A DNA stretch of 64,000 bases from positions 480,001-544,000 of the forward strand of contig CBDFJF010000001.1 in assembly GCA_965248265.1 (NCBI GenBank), read 5' to 3'. Position numbers and translations under genes: made by a program. The notes under the pieces are model-generated. The model did not search any database and had not been told where the DNA came from. It saw nothing but the letters and a program-made list of their open reading frames with translations. The stretch comes from Candidatus Latescibacterota bacterium (GTDB lineage: Bacteria; Latescibacterota; UBA2968; UBA8231). Below, piece after piece: positions 1 through 9,957 of this stretch (the stretch's first letter is position 1; every line of letters begins with the position of its first letter).

Positions 1-871
1 ACCACACAGGACGAGTTGGAGGCGAATGTGGTCGTCTTCGCCGATGCCATGGGTTGGGATCCCAATGGGGATCTTCTCATCTACGACGCTTACAACGTAA
101 TTCCGCAGGCAGACGGCGACCCGATTGCGTACTGGGATGTGAACATTCTCAACGTCGCAGAGGAGGTTATTGTGCCACTGTTTCCTCCTCAGGCGGCCGG
201 TCTACAACTGGGTAATCCATCCTTCGCCAACACCAACGAGTCTTTCATAGTCTTCGATTTCCTTGATGCTGAGAACGATTTCAACCAGATCATCGTGTTC
301 GATCTGTTTACCGGTGAAGGTACGGTTCTGGAAACTGGTGACGTACTTGGTTTTCCGAGCTTTTCGCCCGATGACACGGAGCTGATCTTCGAACGCCGCG
401 ACGCCGACACGGACGCCCTGTCATTGGCGCGCATTCCGCTCTCCGAGGGACGACTGGAGACGACCGGAGCGACTGAAACGTTCCGGTTGAACTCCGAGTC
501 GGCGCGCTGGTTCGTCGTTGAGGTTGAGGACCCGCCGACCGATGTCGACGAGGTTGAGTCTGACGGCTTGCCTGCCAGTCTGGCTCTCGAACAGAACTAT
601 CCAAATCCCTTCAAACTCCAGTACCGTGATCCGCTATAGCCTGGTCGACGAGGGCTTCGTGTCGCTGGTGGTCTACGACCTGGTGGGCCGCCGCGTGGCA
701 ACGGTTGTATCGGGCTACCAGAGCGAGGGCTTTCACACCGTCGGCTGGGACGGTGTGAACCAGCAGGGCCAGCCTGTGGCCAGTGGTGTCTACCTCTACG
801 AGCTTGCCACGACGACCAGTGACGGCGCCCGGCAGACGAGCGAGGCACGCAAACTGGTGCTGTTGCGTTAG
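1..871 (+). CDS. 3' part of a secreted protein: TolB/PD40-like repeat region plus C-terminal FlgD-Ig (T9SS-CTD-like) domain; apparent +1 frameshift at 613-615
   Basis: Frame is open from the window start and contains PSFSPDD-type motifs. LEQNYPNPF continues as NSSTVIRYSL...YDLVGRRV...WDG...VASGVYLY...KLVLLR only if one A of the AAA at 613-615 is removed. Confidence 0.8.
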
Positions 872-888
872 CACGACGTGTTTCCTTA

Positions 889-1602
889 TCACACGGACAG
901 TGCCACGCGGAAGCCGTAGTCGGTGAAGTGCCGGTCGGGCGGGATGCTGCTGCGTGCAGCGCAACGGGTCACCTTGATGCGGTGGCGCCATGAACCTCCG
1001 CGGGAGGCGCGACGTACGCCATCGGCAGGGCCTGCCGGGTTACGCTCGGGCGAATGGGCATAGTAGTCAGCTGAATACCAGTCTGAACACCATTCGTGAA
1101 CGAGATTGGCCATGTTGTGCAGGCCAAAATCGTTGGCCAGGTCCTGGCCTACGGGGTCTGGTTTCTCGATACCATCTCCCCTGTAGTGCGGATCATCCAT
1201 CCACTCGGGCAGTCCATCTCCCCACGGATAGTCCAATCCTTCCATCCCGCCACGGGAGGCTTTCTCCCGTTCAGCCTCGGTCGGCAGGCGGTATGGACAG
1301 CCGGTTCGGGCATCCATCCAGGCGCAATAATCGGCAGCATCGAACCAGTTGGTGGCGACGACGGGCTGTTCATCCGTCGAGAACCGAGGGTCATTCCAGT
1401 AGGGCGGTGAGGGACGATCGGTTGCGGCAAGGAAGGTGGCGTATTGTTTGCGAGTGACCGGGACGCGTGCTATGGCGAACTCGTCGACGAAGACTCGGTG
1501 CTCTGGCCGTTCATTCCTGCCGCCCGTTTCGCTGCCCATCAGGAACGTCCCGGCGGGAATGACAACGGCGTCTACTTCGATCATGGAGCCACACACAGTC
1601 AC
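889..1602 (-). CDS. FGE-sulfatase (SUMF1/EgtB/PvdO) domain protein
   Basis: IPAGTFLMGS, RLPTEAE, NDFGLHNMANLVHEWC and RGGSW motifs; the catalytic Cys pair of true FGE is not evident. Confidence 0.85.
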   Translation of the reverse strand: MTVCGSMIEVDAVVIPAGTFLMGSETGGRNERPEHRVFVDEFAIARVPVTRKQYATFLAATDRPSPPYWNDPRFSTDEQPVVATNWFDAADYCAWMDARTGCPYRLPTEAEREKASRGGMEGLDYPWGDGLPEWMDDPHYRGDGIEKPDPVGQDLANDFGLHNMANLVHEWCSDWYSADYYAHSPERNPAGPADGVRRASRGGSWRHRIKVTRCAARSSIPPDRHFTDYGFRVALSV

Positions 1603-3452
1603 CAGCGGAAATCAACGTCCGGCATTCGCAAGCTCTGGTTTTCGGCCTTCACTCCGAGCCTGGAAGCGAGGTGGTACAGGGGCCTGAGAGCATCGAGGGC
1701 GCGTGCTGTAGTGGAGACGTGGAACGCCGCCTGCTCACTGTTGTCGGAGCCCTCCTGCATCAGCTCTTCGAGGATCACCTCGATCGGTTCCTTCTCCCGA
1801 GGGAAAACAGTCAGATTGATCGCCGCGTCGTCCTCGAGACCAGCCTCCGAACGTGCCAATCGCAGTGCCACGGTGTACCCACCGAGAGCGTCGATCAATC
1901 CTCTGTCGACGGCATCAGCTCCGCTCCAGATTCGACCTTTGGCCGACTCCAGTACCGAGTCGAGGTCCAGGCCTCGGCCGTGTGCCACCTTGCCAGTGAA
2001 GTCGGCATAGATGTCGTCCATGAGGGCTTCGATCAAGCTCTCCTGCTCGGGCGAGTAGTCGTTCAAGCCCGACCAAATGCCAGCATTGGCACTCGTGCTC
2101 ACGGCATCCCAGGTGACGCCGGTATGCTCGCGCCAGAAAGCGCGGGTCAGCATCTTGCCCGTGACGACGCCGATCGATCCGGTTATCGTGCCCGGATGGG
2201 CGACTATCCGCGCCGCCGGTGCCGCCACGAAGTATCCGCCAGAGGCGGCCACATCACCCATCGACACGATCACCGGAATCCCCATTTCCCGGGCTCTGGA
2301 CACCTCGCGCCAGATCACATCCGACGCGACGTATGAGCCACCAGGAGAATTGACCCGGAACAGGATGGCCACCACGTTTTCGTCTCGGGTCGCCGCGCGC
2401 AGGGATGCGGCCACCGTGGTACTGCCCATCGAACCGGACTGTCCCAAAGGATCGTATTCGCTGCGGCCGCGGTGGATGGTGCCGACCCCGTAGATCAGGG
2501 CGATGGTCGGACCGTCGTCGTGTAAGCGGCCGGCGCGATCCAGGTACTTGTGCACGTAGAGTAGTTCGGCTCCGTTCGAGCGATCGCGTACGAGATCGAA
2601 GACCTGGTCACGGTACAACAGACTGTCGACCAGTCCGTTCGACACGGCGGCGGTGGCTCGAAGTGGACCCGCGTCGACCGTAGCGGACAGGTCCGAGTGC
2701 TCTATCCCACGCCGGGTGGAGATGCCACCGAGCATCTGGTCGAAGTGTGATTCCATGACGGCCGCGAGAGCTTCGCGATGAGCGTCCGTGAATCCCCGCC
2801 TTGTGAAAGAATCGGCCATGTTTTTGTACTGCTCGCGCTGAAAGAGGCGCGGCTCGACTTCGAGCTTGTCGAGGGTGCCGCGCAGGAAGGCGCTTTCGTA
2901 GATGAGGCCGGTCAGTCCGATGCCGCCCGAGGGTTGCAGGTAGATCTCGTCGAACGCGGTCGCCAGATAGTAGGCACCGTTGCCCGGTCCGAATTCACCG
3001 AACGACTCGGCAAAGGCCATGGTGAATTTGCCACTCTCACCAAAGGCCAGCGTGGCATCGCGCAACTCCTGAATCGTGCCCATACCCATGGGTGTGGCAC
3101 CGACCTTGGCGATCAATCCGAGAACACGCGGATCCTGACTGGCGCGCTCGAGCGCTTCGACAACGTCGCGCAGGACGGTCGGCCTCTCCTTGAGCTCCAG
3201 CGCCTGGGCGAAGGGGTCCTGTGGGACATGCTCAACGATGCGTTTTTCCAGGTTCAATTCGAGCACTACGCGCTCGGGCACCGTCTTGATCGCCGCTTCC
3301 TCCATCCCCGCGATCCCCGCCATCATCGTGAAGATGATCAAGCAAAAGAAGGCGAGGGTGATGGCGCCGATACCGACGAGCATGGGCACGACCACCTTCT
3401 TGAAAAACCAGGCAACGCCGCCGAAGATGCGTTCGATCAATGCGTTCATCAT
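1599..3452 (-). CDS. sppA: Signal peptide peptidase SppA (protease IV, long form)
   Basis: N-terminal TM segment; YYLATAFDEIYLQPSG, RVNSPGGS, AASGGY, TITGSIGV and GRIWSG motifs. Confidence 0.93.
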   Translation of the reverse strand: MMNALIERIFGGVAWFFKKVVVPMLVGIGAITLAFFCLIIFTMMAGIAGMEEAAIKTVPERVVLELNLEKRIVEHVPQDPFAQALELKERPTVLRDVVEALERASQDPRVLGLIAKVGATPMGMGTIQELRDATLAFGESGKFTMAFAESFGEFGPGNGAYYLATAFDEIYLQPSGGIGLTGLIYESAFLRGTLDKLEVEPRLFQREQYKNMADSFTRRGFTDAHREALAAVMESHFDQMLGGISTRRGIEHSDLSATVDAGPLRATAAVSNGLVDSLLYRDQVFDLVRDRSNGAELLYVHKYLDRAGRLHDDGPTIALIYGVGTIHRGRSEYDPLGQSGSMGSTTVAASLRAATRDENVVAILFRVNSPGGSYVASDVIWREVSRAREMGIPVIVSMGDVAASGGYFVAAPAARIVAHPGTITGSIGVVTGKMLTRAFWREHTGVTWDAVSTSANAGIWSGLNDYSPEQESLIEALMDDIYADFTGKVAHGRGLDLDSVLESAKGRIWSGADAVDRGLIDALGGYTVALRLARSEAGLEDDAAINLTVFPREKEPIEVILEELMQEGSDNSEQAAFHVSTTARALDALRPLYHLASRLGVKAENQSLRMPDVDFRW

Positions 3453-3496
3453 CTACCCTTTCACTAGGAGCCTGCCCGAGTATCCCATTTGGACTG

Positions 3497-4141
3497 CTAC
3501 AGAGCGTCGAGCCACTGCCGCATTTGTGCCGGATCCTCTCCGAACATCAGTGATCCAGGGACAATGTAGTCAGCGCCGGCAGCCTTGAGCAGCGGCACGG
3601 TGTGCCGGCGAATGCCGGCGTCGGCCTCGATTTCCACGCTCAGACCGCGTTCGGCGACGATCTGGCGGCAACGGGCGATGCGCGCCGGCACTGAAGGATC
3701 CATGCCAACACCCTTGTTCCCGCTGTCCGTGCCCATGATGGTGACCAAGCTGATTTGCTCCCAGTACGGTTCCAACAGATCAAGGGAGTCAGCTACCCGC
3801 AGGGAGATCCCCACTTGCTTCCCGTGCGTGTGAACCCGGTCGATCATGGCGAAGCCGTCCTCGTCGCCGCCCGAATTCAAGTAGAAGATGAAGACATCGC
3901 CCCCCGCATCCACGAACGGATCGACCCACCTGCCCGGATCCTCGGTAATCAGATGGACCTCGAAAGGAAGGTTCGTGTGTGGCCGCATGGCCTTCACCAG
4001 GTCGGGGAAGAACAGAAACTTGTCGATGAAACAGCCGTCGGCGACATCGAGGTGGAAGCGCTCGCTGTAGGGTTCCACCCGTTTGATTTCCGCGGCCAGG
4101 TTGGATAGATCCGCCGACCAAAGGGACGTCGAACATTTCAT
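3497..4141 (-). CDS. Ribulose-phosphate 3-epimerase family protein
   Basis: SLWSAD, HLDVADG, EVHL, IEADAGI and GADYIVPGS motifs; variant residues leave the substrate uncertain. Confidence 0.88.
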   Translation of the reverse strand: MKCSTSLWSADLSNLAAEIKRVEPYSERFHLDVADGCFIDKFLFFPDLVKAMRPHTNLPFEVHLITEDPGRWVDPFVDAGGDVFIFYLNSGGDEDGFAMIDRVHTHGKQVGISLRVADSLDLLEPYWEQISLVTIMGTDSGNKGVGMDPSVPARIARCRQIVAERGLSVEIEADAGIRRHTVPLLKAAGADYIVPGSLMFGEDPAQMRQWLDAL

Positions 4142-4174
4142 TGCGAGAGCCTATTCTTTGGTATAAATGGCAGT

Positions 4175-5011
4175 TTAAATCGGATCGCCTAAATGGGATT
4201 GGATGAAGGAGACGCTCTGCGGAGCTTGCTCTTCCGTGAGACCGTGCAGGATGAACGGGACATTGGGATATACTTCGGCGAGCAGATTTAAGTACAGTGG
4301 ATAATTCAGGACGCCTGTGCCGGCGGCCACATTGCCGGCTTCCCCATCGCGCTCCAGGTCCTTGCCATGCGCCAGTACGGTATCGGAACCCAACGATGCA
4401 AAGGCTTGGCGCAGCATTTCATCCATGCGCGGCAGCTCTCCCTCGTGGAAGATATTGGCTCCGTCCATGACGACGTTGAGTCGCGATGACCCAACCTCGT
4501 CGATGATCCGTCGCGCCTTCAGAGCCGAATCGACGACGTTGGAAACTTCCGGTTCGAGGGCCAGGTCAACGCCAAACTCCTCTGCATAACCGGCGGCTTC
4601 CCTCATCGACGCAACGGCTTCGTCCCAAGCCTGCGGTGTGTCGTTGTCCGGATGGTGGCCCCACAGGTATTCGGCATTACGTGTTCCCGTACACAGGGTT
4701 ACAACGGAGGTGCCCAGGTGTTGACAGGACCCGATGATCTGGCGCAACCGTTGGAAACCGCGCCTTCGCTCCGCCATATCCGGATGAATGATGTTGAAGG
4801 TCCCTGAGACGGCGGCGACCGAGACTCCGGATTCAGCAGCGGCCTTGGCCACACGCTCACACAGTTGATCGCCGATGCTGTCGGGCATGCCGGATAAACC
4901 GGCCGTTTCCCAGTTGAACTGGACGCACGTCAAGCCATGAGAGGCAACGGCCTCGAAGGTCTCCTCGAGGCTCTCGCGCGGGAAGGTTTTCGAGAATATA
5001 CCCAGTTCCAC
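4175..5011 (-). CDS. Sugar phosphate isomerase/epimerase (xylose-isomerase-like TIM barrel)
   Basis: LALEPE, VMDGAN, HGKD and AGTGVLNY pattern; GTG start. Confidence 0.85.
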   Translation of the reverse strand: MELGIFSKTFPRESLEETFEAVASHGLTCVQFNWETAGLSGMPDSIGDQLCERVAKAAAESGVSVAAVSGTFNIIHPDMAERRRGFQRLRQIIGSCQHLGTSVVTLCTGTRNAEYLWGHHPDNDTPQAWDEAVASMREAAGYAEEFGVDLALEPEVSNVVDSALKARRIIDEVGSSRLNVVMDGANIFHEGELPRMDEMLRQAFASLGSDTVLAHGKDLERDGEAGNVAAGTGVLNYPLYLNLLAEVYPNVPFILHGLTEEQAPQSVSFIQSHLGDPI

Positions 5012-5015
5012 CTAG

Positions 5016-5211
5016 TGTCCCGTCGCAGAAATAGGTTGACAAAATTCGGCCGCCGATGCGACCTGCTCGCAAGGCGCCTGAGCGAGTCGTATCAGTGGGA
5101 TACGGCGAGCGAAGGCGCTCAGGGACGAGGCCGAACTCCAAGAGTTCGGTCCCACGCCGCGAGCGGGGATGGATCGGCGGAAGAATGTCGACATATTTCT
5201 GCGACGGGACA
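5016..5211. mobile_element. MITE-like non-autonomous element, 196 bp
   Basis: Perfect 18-bp terminal inverted repeats TGTCCCGTCGCAGAAATA (5016-5033) and TATTTCTGCGACGGGACA (5194-5211), flanked by CTAG at 5012-5015 and 5212-5215; no transposase. Confidence 0.8.
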
Positions 5212-6087
5212 CTAGCGGCCTATCGGTTGATCCCCGACTATCCGTTTCCACTCGTCAGCGCTGTCAGCCATCGACGAGGGATTCGACGCGCTGCGGGCGA
5301 CGAATCCGGGAACACTGTCGCGACCCGTGGGCATGGCCGGATCGCAGTAGCGCAGGTCGAGGCTCCAGCGGATGCCCTGGGTGTTATTGGGTAGTGCGCG
5401 GTGGATGGTTCGCTTCTGTAACAGGACCACACCACCAACGTCGATTTCGCACAGGACCTGCTCACCCGGAGGCAGTTGGTGGTCATGCAGTCCCTTGAAA
5501 TTGCCGGCAGGTCCCAGGCCCTCTTCATGCTCGATGAGGTCCACCAGATGGGAGCCGGCGATGACCTCGAGGGTGCCATTTTCGAGGGTGGCGTCGACCA
5601 TCGGCACCCAGAAATTCACCATGAAGGTTTCTTCGGCTCCCGGTTGCAGGTAACCCTCATCCTGATGCCAGGGGACGACAAACTTGTCCACGGAGGGCAG
5701 TTTGGCTCTGAGGTTGAACTGGGGATGGGCAAGGATCTCCGGTCCGATCATGGATTCGACGATGTCGAGCAACCCAGGCGCGGTGACAATCTGGAACATG
5801 CCCGGGGTCCGAAGTTTGCCGTTGAAGATGCCGTAGTGCTTCTCCGGGTACCCGAGGGCGCGATCGATCAGGGCCAGACGCTGTTCGAAAGGAGCCTCGG
5901 CGAAGGTCTCGGTCAGTTTCCCTTCCGCGAGCGCTGTCTGCGCGAGGCCGTCGATCAGGCCGTCAATTTCATGGATAAGCAGGTCGAAGGTCGAGGGTGG
6001 GATGGCATCTTCGACCAACAGGTATCCCTGGTTTTGGAAGAAATCGACCTGGTCCGCGTCCAATCCGCAGATGAAGTGCTCAGTCAC
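5212..6087 (-). CDS. Phytanoyl-CoA dioxygenase (PhyH) family Fe(II)/2OG dioxygenase
   Basis: FFQNQGYLLVEDA, PWHQD, WVPMVDATLENGTLEVIAGSH and H-x-A-x-x-N...RWSLDLRY; GTG start overlaps the upstream stop. Confidence 0.88.
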   Translation of the reverse strand: MTEHFICGLDADQVDFFQNQGYLLVEDAIPPSTFDLLIHEIDGLIDGLAQTALAEGKLTETFAEAPFEQRLALIDRALGYPEKHYGIFNGKLRTPGMFQIVTAPGLLDIVESMIGPEILAHPQFNLRAKLPSVDKFVVPWHQDEGYLQPGAEETFMVNFWVPMVDATLENGTLEVIAGSHLVDLIEHEEGLGPAGNFKGLHDHQLPPGEQVLCEIDVGGVVLLQKRTIHRALPNNTQGIRWSLDLRYCDPAMPTGRDSVPGFVARSASNPSSMADSADEWKRIVGDQPIGR

Positions 6088-7031
6088 GGGGACCCTTCGA
6101 TGCGATCGACGAGATCGACGGTGTTGACGACGTCCCGCAGGTCGGTGAGCGGGACATTGCCTTCGCGCACGCACTCGACGAAGTGCCGATGGGCCGTCAG
6201 GGTGCCCTCGTACTCATGTACATCAGCCTCGTCCACACCGTCCACTTCCCAGCCGTTGACGATGGTGACTTCGTTGTCTTCATGTACCTCCAGCCGTCCC
6301 GGGATCCTGGCATAGCAGCCGATCCCGACACCGTGCAACTCGAAACCCAGCACACGGCCGCCGGAAGCGCGATTACCGAAGAGGACGCCGGTCGCGCCAT
6401 TGTCGAAGCGCGTCAGTGCGGTGTAGCAATTGCGACTGTCGCCCCCGAAGCGATCGCGGTAGGCGGTGACCTCGTTGGCCTCACCGCCAGCCACGTAGCG
6501 TAGCAGATCGACGACGTGGGTCACATCATTCCACAAAGTGGTGGAAAACTCCTTGCCGTCCCCGCCCAGTATCTGCTTGTTGAACGTGGCCGTGGCCAGC
6601 GACACCGGGCCTTTGGCTGCGACTCGCCGCATGGCTTCGCGTGTGACGGCGGCAAAGCGGCGCTGATACCCCACCATCGCGTAGACGTCATTGGCGACGG
6701 CGGCATCGCGCAGCTGTCGCGTCTCGTCACTGTTGGCGCCCGGGGGCTTCTCGATGAAGATGTGCTTGCCGGCGTTGAGGCAGTCCAGGGCTGGTTGCAG
6801 CAACCACTTTTCGTTCATGATGCAGTAGACGATGTCGGGATCGACTTCCTCCAGCATCTTGCGGTGGTCGTCGTACACATGTTCGAAAACGTACTCCTGA
6901 GCAACTTGCCTCAGGCGTTCCTCGTCTATCTCACACACGCCGACCATGGCGACGTTGTCGAGCCGGGCGACGTTCGGGTAGTGGGCTGAGCGGGCGCGAC
7001 CGCCGGCGCCGATGAAACAAGCTCTAAGCAT
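6084..7031 (-). CDS. Gfo/Idh/MocA family oxidoreductase
   Basis: FIGAGGRA Rossmann start, GKHIFIEKP and VGYQRRF motifs. Confidence 0.9.
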   Translation of the reverse strand: MLRACFIGAGGRARSAHYPNVARLDNVAMVGVCEIDEERLRQVAQEYVFEHVYDDHRKMLEEVDPDIVYCIMNEKWLLQPALDCLNAGKHIFIEKPPGANSDETRQLRDAAVANDVYAMVGYQRRFAAVTREAMRRVAAKGPVSLATATFNKQILGGDGKEFSTTLWNDVTHVVDLLRYVAGGEANEVTAYRDRFGGDSRNCYTALTRFDNGATGVLFGNRASGGRVLGFELHGVGIGCYARIPGRLEVHEDNEVTIVNGWEVDGVDEADVHEYEGTLTAHRHFVECVREGNVPLTDLRDVVNTVDLVDRIEGSP

Positions 7032-7032
7032 G

Positions 7033-7458
7033 TCACCCACGGTTGGGCGCGTCGTCGACGGCGGGTTTGACGATGGCGCCCACGAGCAGGCCAGCGACAG
7101 CTCCCTCGACAGTGGTGCCGATGAACCAGGTCAGGGCGACATCGTGCGGGAGTGGCTGTACCGCGTAGGTTCCGTATCCCATGGAAAACCCGGTGCCCAG
7201 TCCGAACAGGATGCCGAACATCACCCCCGCGTTGATGCTCTTATCGGTGAAAAAGCGAGAGTAGATGTAGACGAAGACGAAGGTGGTAAACGCCACGACC
7301 GCGTATATCAGCTCCATTTTCATCTCTTCCATAGGTCGCCACATGTTGGCGGTAGCGGCATAGTCGTCGCCCAGAATGAGCTGATGGATGACGAAGTCCA
7401 TCACCGACCAGGCGACGAAGATGGCAACCATTGCCAGGAGCGAACGTTGGGAAATCAT
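7033..7458 (-). CDS. Small four-TM membrane protein of unknown function
   Basis: 141 aa with four hydrophobic segments; AGGGAG SD upstream. Confidence 0.75.
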   Translation of the reverse strand: MISQRSLLAMVAIFVAWSVMDFVIHQLILGDDYAATANMWRPMEEMKMELIYAVVAFTTFVFVYIYSRFFTDKSINAGVMFGILFGLGTGFSMGYGTYAVQPLPHDVALTWFIGTTVEGAVAGLLVGAIVKPAVDDAPNRG

Positions 7459-7511
7459 GCCTTCTCCCTCCTCAAAGGGTGGAATCGATATATGCCAACG
7501 GTGGACTGGCG

Positions 7512-8498
7512 TCAGCTACTCTTCAGACTCTTCGCCTTCGGATGCTCCAGCACCTGCGGATTGAGCAGATTCGCTGGAACCTTGCCTCGCAGCGGATCGA
7601 TCACTTGACCAACGGTCGTCTCGTCCAAACGATTGGCCGAGGCCGTGGTCAACCCGGCATTGTGGTTCGTACAAATCACACGCGGATGGTCTTTGTGGAC
7701 TTCCCGCGTCCCATTTACGGGATCATCGACGACATAGTAGTAGAGGCAGCCTTGGGCCAGGGCCCGTTGCACGGCGTCATCGTTAACGGCCACACCGCGG
7801 GCAGCGTTGACGAGCGAAGCGTGCGGCTGCATGGCCTGCAAATGCTCATCATGAACGACGGTTTCGCCCCCCGCCAGATGCAACGTGATGCAATCGCTGC
7901 GTGCGAACAGATCGATTGGATTGCCGACGGCTTCAGCTCCGAAGCGGTCTGCCAGGTCCTCGATGTCGTCCCGGACGTCATGGATAAGCAGGCGACCCTC
8001 GGTTCCAAGCAACGGCAAGGCCAGCCTGGCTACGGCCTGTCCGATGCGTCCGAAGCCGAAGATGCCCAGGGTAGAGCCCCTGATCTCCCGAGTTCCCATC
8101 AAGGCGAACTCTCCGGCGTGAGCATTGCGATTCAGGGTGTAGACGCGTTTTGATGTGGCCAGCCATTGGGCCACGGCGTACTCGGCTACCGTGTCGATGT
8201 GCTCGGCCGCCGTGGTCACGAGTACTCCTGATTTCGTGGCCTTGTCGAGATTGACGGACTCGAAGCCGACACCGTAACGGGCGATGATTCGCAGGTCAGT
8301 GGCGGTGTCGTAGAATTCGGGATGGATCAGCAGGGAGCTGGCGATCACGCCGATGACGTCGTGGCCCTGGTCGGCAGTCAGCTCGCCGGTGTAATGATCG
8401 ATGTCGGCGAACTCGGCCAGCCGGCCAATCGCCTGTTGACGCTCAGGGCATTCGAAGTCCTGGAGGGACCAGATGGGGGAGAGTAGTATTCTAGCCAC
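7512..8498 (-). CDS. D-isomer-specific 2-hydroxyacid dehydrogenase family, divergent type
   Basis: RYGVGFESVNL, GIFGFGRIG and LVNAARG motifs. Start at GTG 8498 by alignment to the paralog at 20466 (ATG 8543 is an alternative). Confidence 0.85.
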   Translation of the reverse strand: MARILLSPIWSLQDFECPERQQAIGRLAEFADIDHYTGELTADQGHDVIGVIASSLLIHPEFYDTATDLRIIARYGVGFESVNLDKATKSGVLVTTAAEHIDTVAEYAVAQWLATSKRVYTLNRNAHAGEFALMGTREIRGSTLGIFGFGRIGQAVARLALPLLGTEGRLLIHDVRDDIEDLADRFGAEAVGNPIDLFARSDCITLHLAGGETVVHDEHLQAMQPHASLVNAARGVAVNDDAVQRALAQGCLYYYVVDDPVNGTREVHKDHPRVICTNHNAGLTTASANRLDETTVGQVIDPLRGKVPANLLNPQVLEHPKAKSLKSS

Positions 8499-8619
8499 TA
8501 GCGGCTGCCGATCTGAAGGTTCAAGTCGAACTGTCTCGTCCATATAAGTGCGACAAAATAGCCTGAGACATAATAGCCTGAAACTATGCAAAACCAAAGC
8601 CGTGTGCGCCGAGTCTCCA

Positions 8620-9066
8620 TCACGGTCGCTGCAGGTAGGCTGTCAGACTCAACTTGCGCGGCTCGTGATGGAGCAGATGAAAACAGACCCCGAGCAGGCA
8701 CAGATTCTTGACGAAATTACTGCGCTGAAGGATGTCCCACATCCACAGGCAACCTTCCGGCAAGGTGGGAGGGTAAGAGAGCAAGGCAGGAGCATGTACA
8801 AGAGCGGTAACGCCGACGACGAAAGCGCCAAGGGCAATCGCCGACCACTTGAGATGCCATCCCAGCAGAATGAAACTGCCCCAGAAGACCAGCCATAGAC
8901 CGCACGCAGCCGAGACGAAGCGCGGCCACGGGACCCATGCCGGCATCAACAATCTGATCAGATCGTCCTTGAACAGGTGCTCCGCTCCGAGGCCGATGAA
9001 GATGACACAGAACAGGATGCGAAACAGGAATTCGGTCAGGTCTTCCCTGGAGATCACTACGGGCAT
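8620..9066 (-). CDS. DoxX-like membrane protein
   Basis: Four TM segments; LMPAWVP and NFVKNLCLLG motifs typical of DoxX. Confidence 0.75.
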   Translation of the reverse strand: MPVVISREDLTEFLFRILFCVIFIGLGAEHLFKDDLIRLLMPAWVPWPRFVSAACGLWLVFWGSFILLGWHLKWSAIALGAFVVGVTALVHAPALLSYPPTLPEGCLWMWDILQRSNFVKNLCLLGVCFHLLHHEPRKLSLTAYLQRP

Positions 9067-9067
9067 G

Positions 9068-9931
9068 TTATCGTTTCCCCCATTCGGAAACTCCTGGCAG
9101 GCTGTGGTACAGAATCCAGTGGTAGAGTCGACGCGGCAGCACTCGCCGCAGCATGTCGAACACATAGGCATCCGGCGTGGCGCGCACACGCAAGGGCGGG
9201 TGTCGGCTCGTGACTGTCTTGAGAATCTTCCTGGCCACCTTTTCCGGGGTTGCGATGGTCAGATCCATCATGCGCTCGATGAACGGTGTCATGTGGTGGT
9301 AGTGCATGTAGTAGGGATCTTCGGTATCGCGTTCGGCATGGGACCCAAGGCTGGTGTAATGGACCTTCTGGAACGACGAGGAATGGACGAAACCGGGCTC
9401 GATCAGGCTGACCTTGATGTTCCAGGGTTTGACCTCGTAGTAGAGTGATTCGGTGGCGCCTTCCAGAGCGAATTTGGAGGCGCTGTAGACGGCCATCGTC
9501 GGCATCGCCATCATGCCGCCGACCGATGAGACATTGATGATTCTGCCACTGCGCCGTTGCCGCATGTAGGGCAGGACCAGCCGCGCCAGCTCCATCGGCG
9601 CCCTGAAGTTCACGCTCATCTGCTCTATCCGTTCTTCTTCGGTCACGTGTTCGACGACGGAGCGGTAGGCGACTCCGGCGTTGTTGATGAGCACGTCGAC
9701 GCCCCCGTGCGACCGCGTGATCTGTTCGACCACAGCCTGACGCTGATCGCCGTCGGTCACGTCGAGGGCTATCGGCAGGATGCGCTCGCCGCTCATGCCC
9801 TCAACCTCAAGGCGTGGCAACGAGCTCTCGCGAGCCGCCAACACGAGGACGCTGGCCGTGCGTTCCAGCAGGAGCTTGGATAGGGCGAGCCCCAATCCAG
9901 TAGTGGCGCCGGTTACGAGGATCGTCGACAT
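9068..9931 (-). CDS. Short-chain dehydrogenase/reductase
   Basis: TGATTGLG, DVLINNAG, SSVGG and YSASK motifs. Confidence 0.93.
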   Translation of the reverse strand: MSTILVTGATTGLGLALSKLLLERTASVLVLAARESSLPRLEVEGMSGERILPIALDVTDGDQRQAVVEQITRSHGGVDVLINNAGVAYRSVVEHVTEEERIEQMSVNFRAPMELARLVLPYMRQRRSGRIINVSSVGGMMAMPTMAVYSASKFALEGATESLYYEVKPWNIKVSLIEPGFVHSSSFQKVHYTSLGSHAERDTEDPYYMHYHHMTPFIERMMDLTIATPEKVARKILKTVTSRHPPLRVRATPDAYVFDMLRRVLPRRLYHWILYHSLPGVSEWGKR

Positions 9932-9957
9932 GAAGACTCAATCGACGGCGTGAGGAA

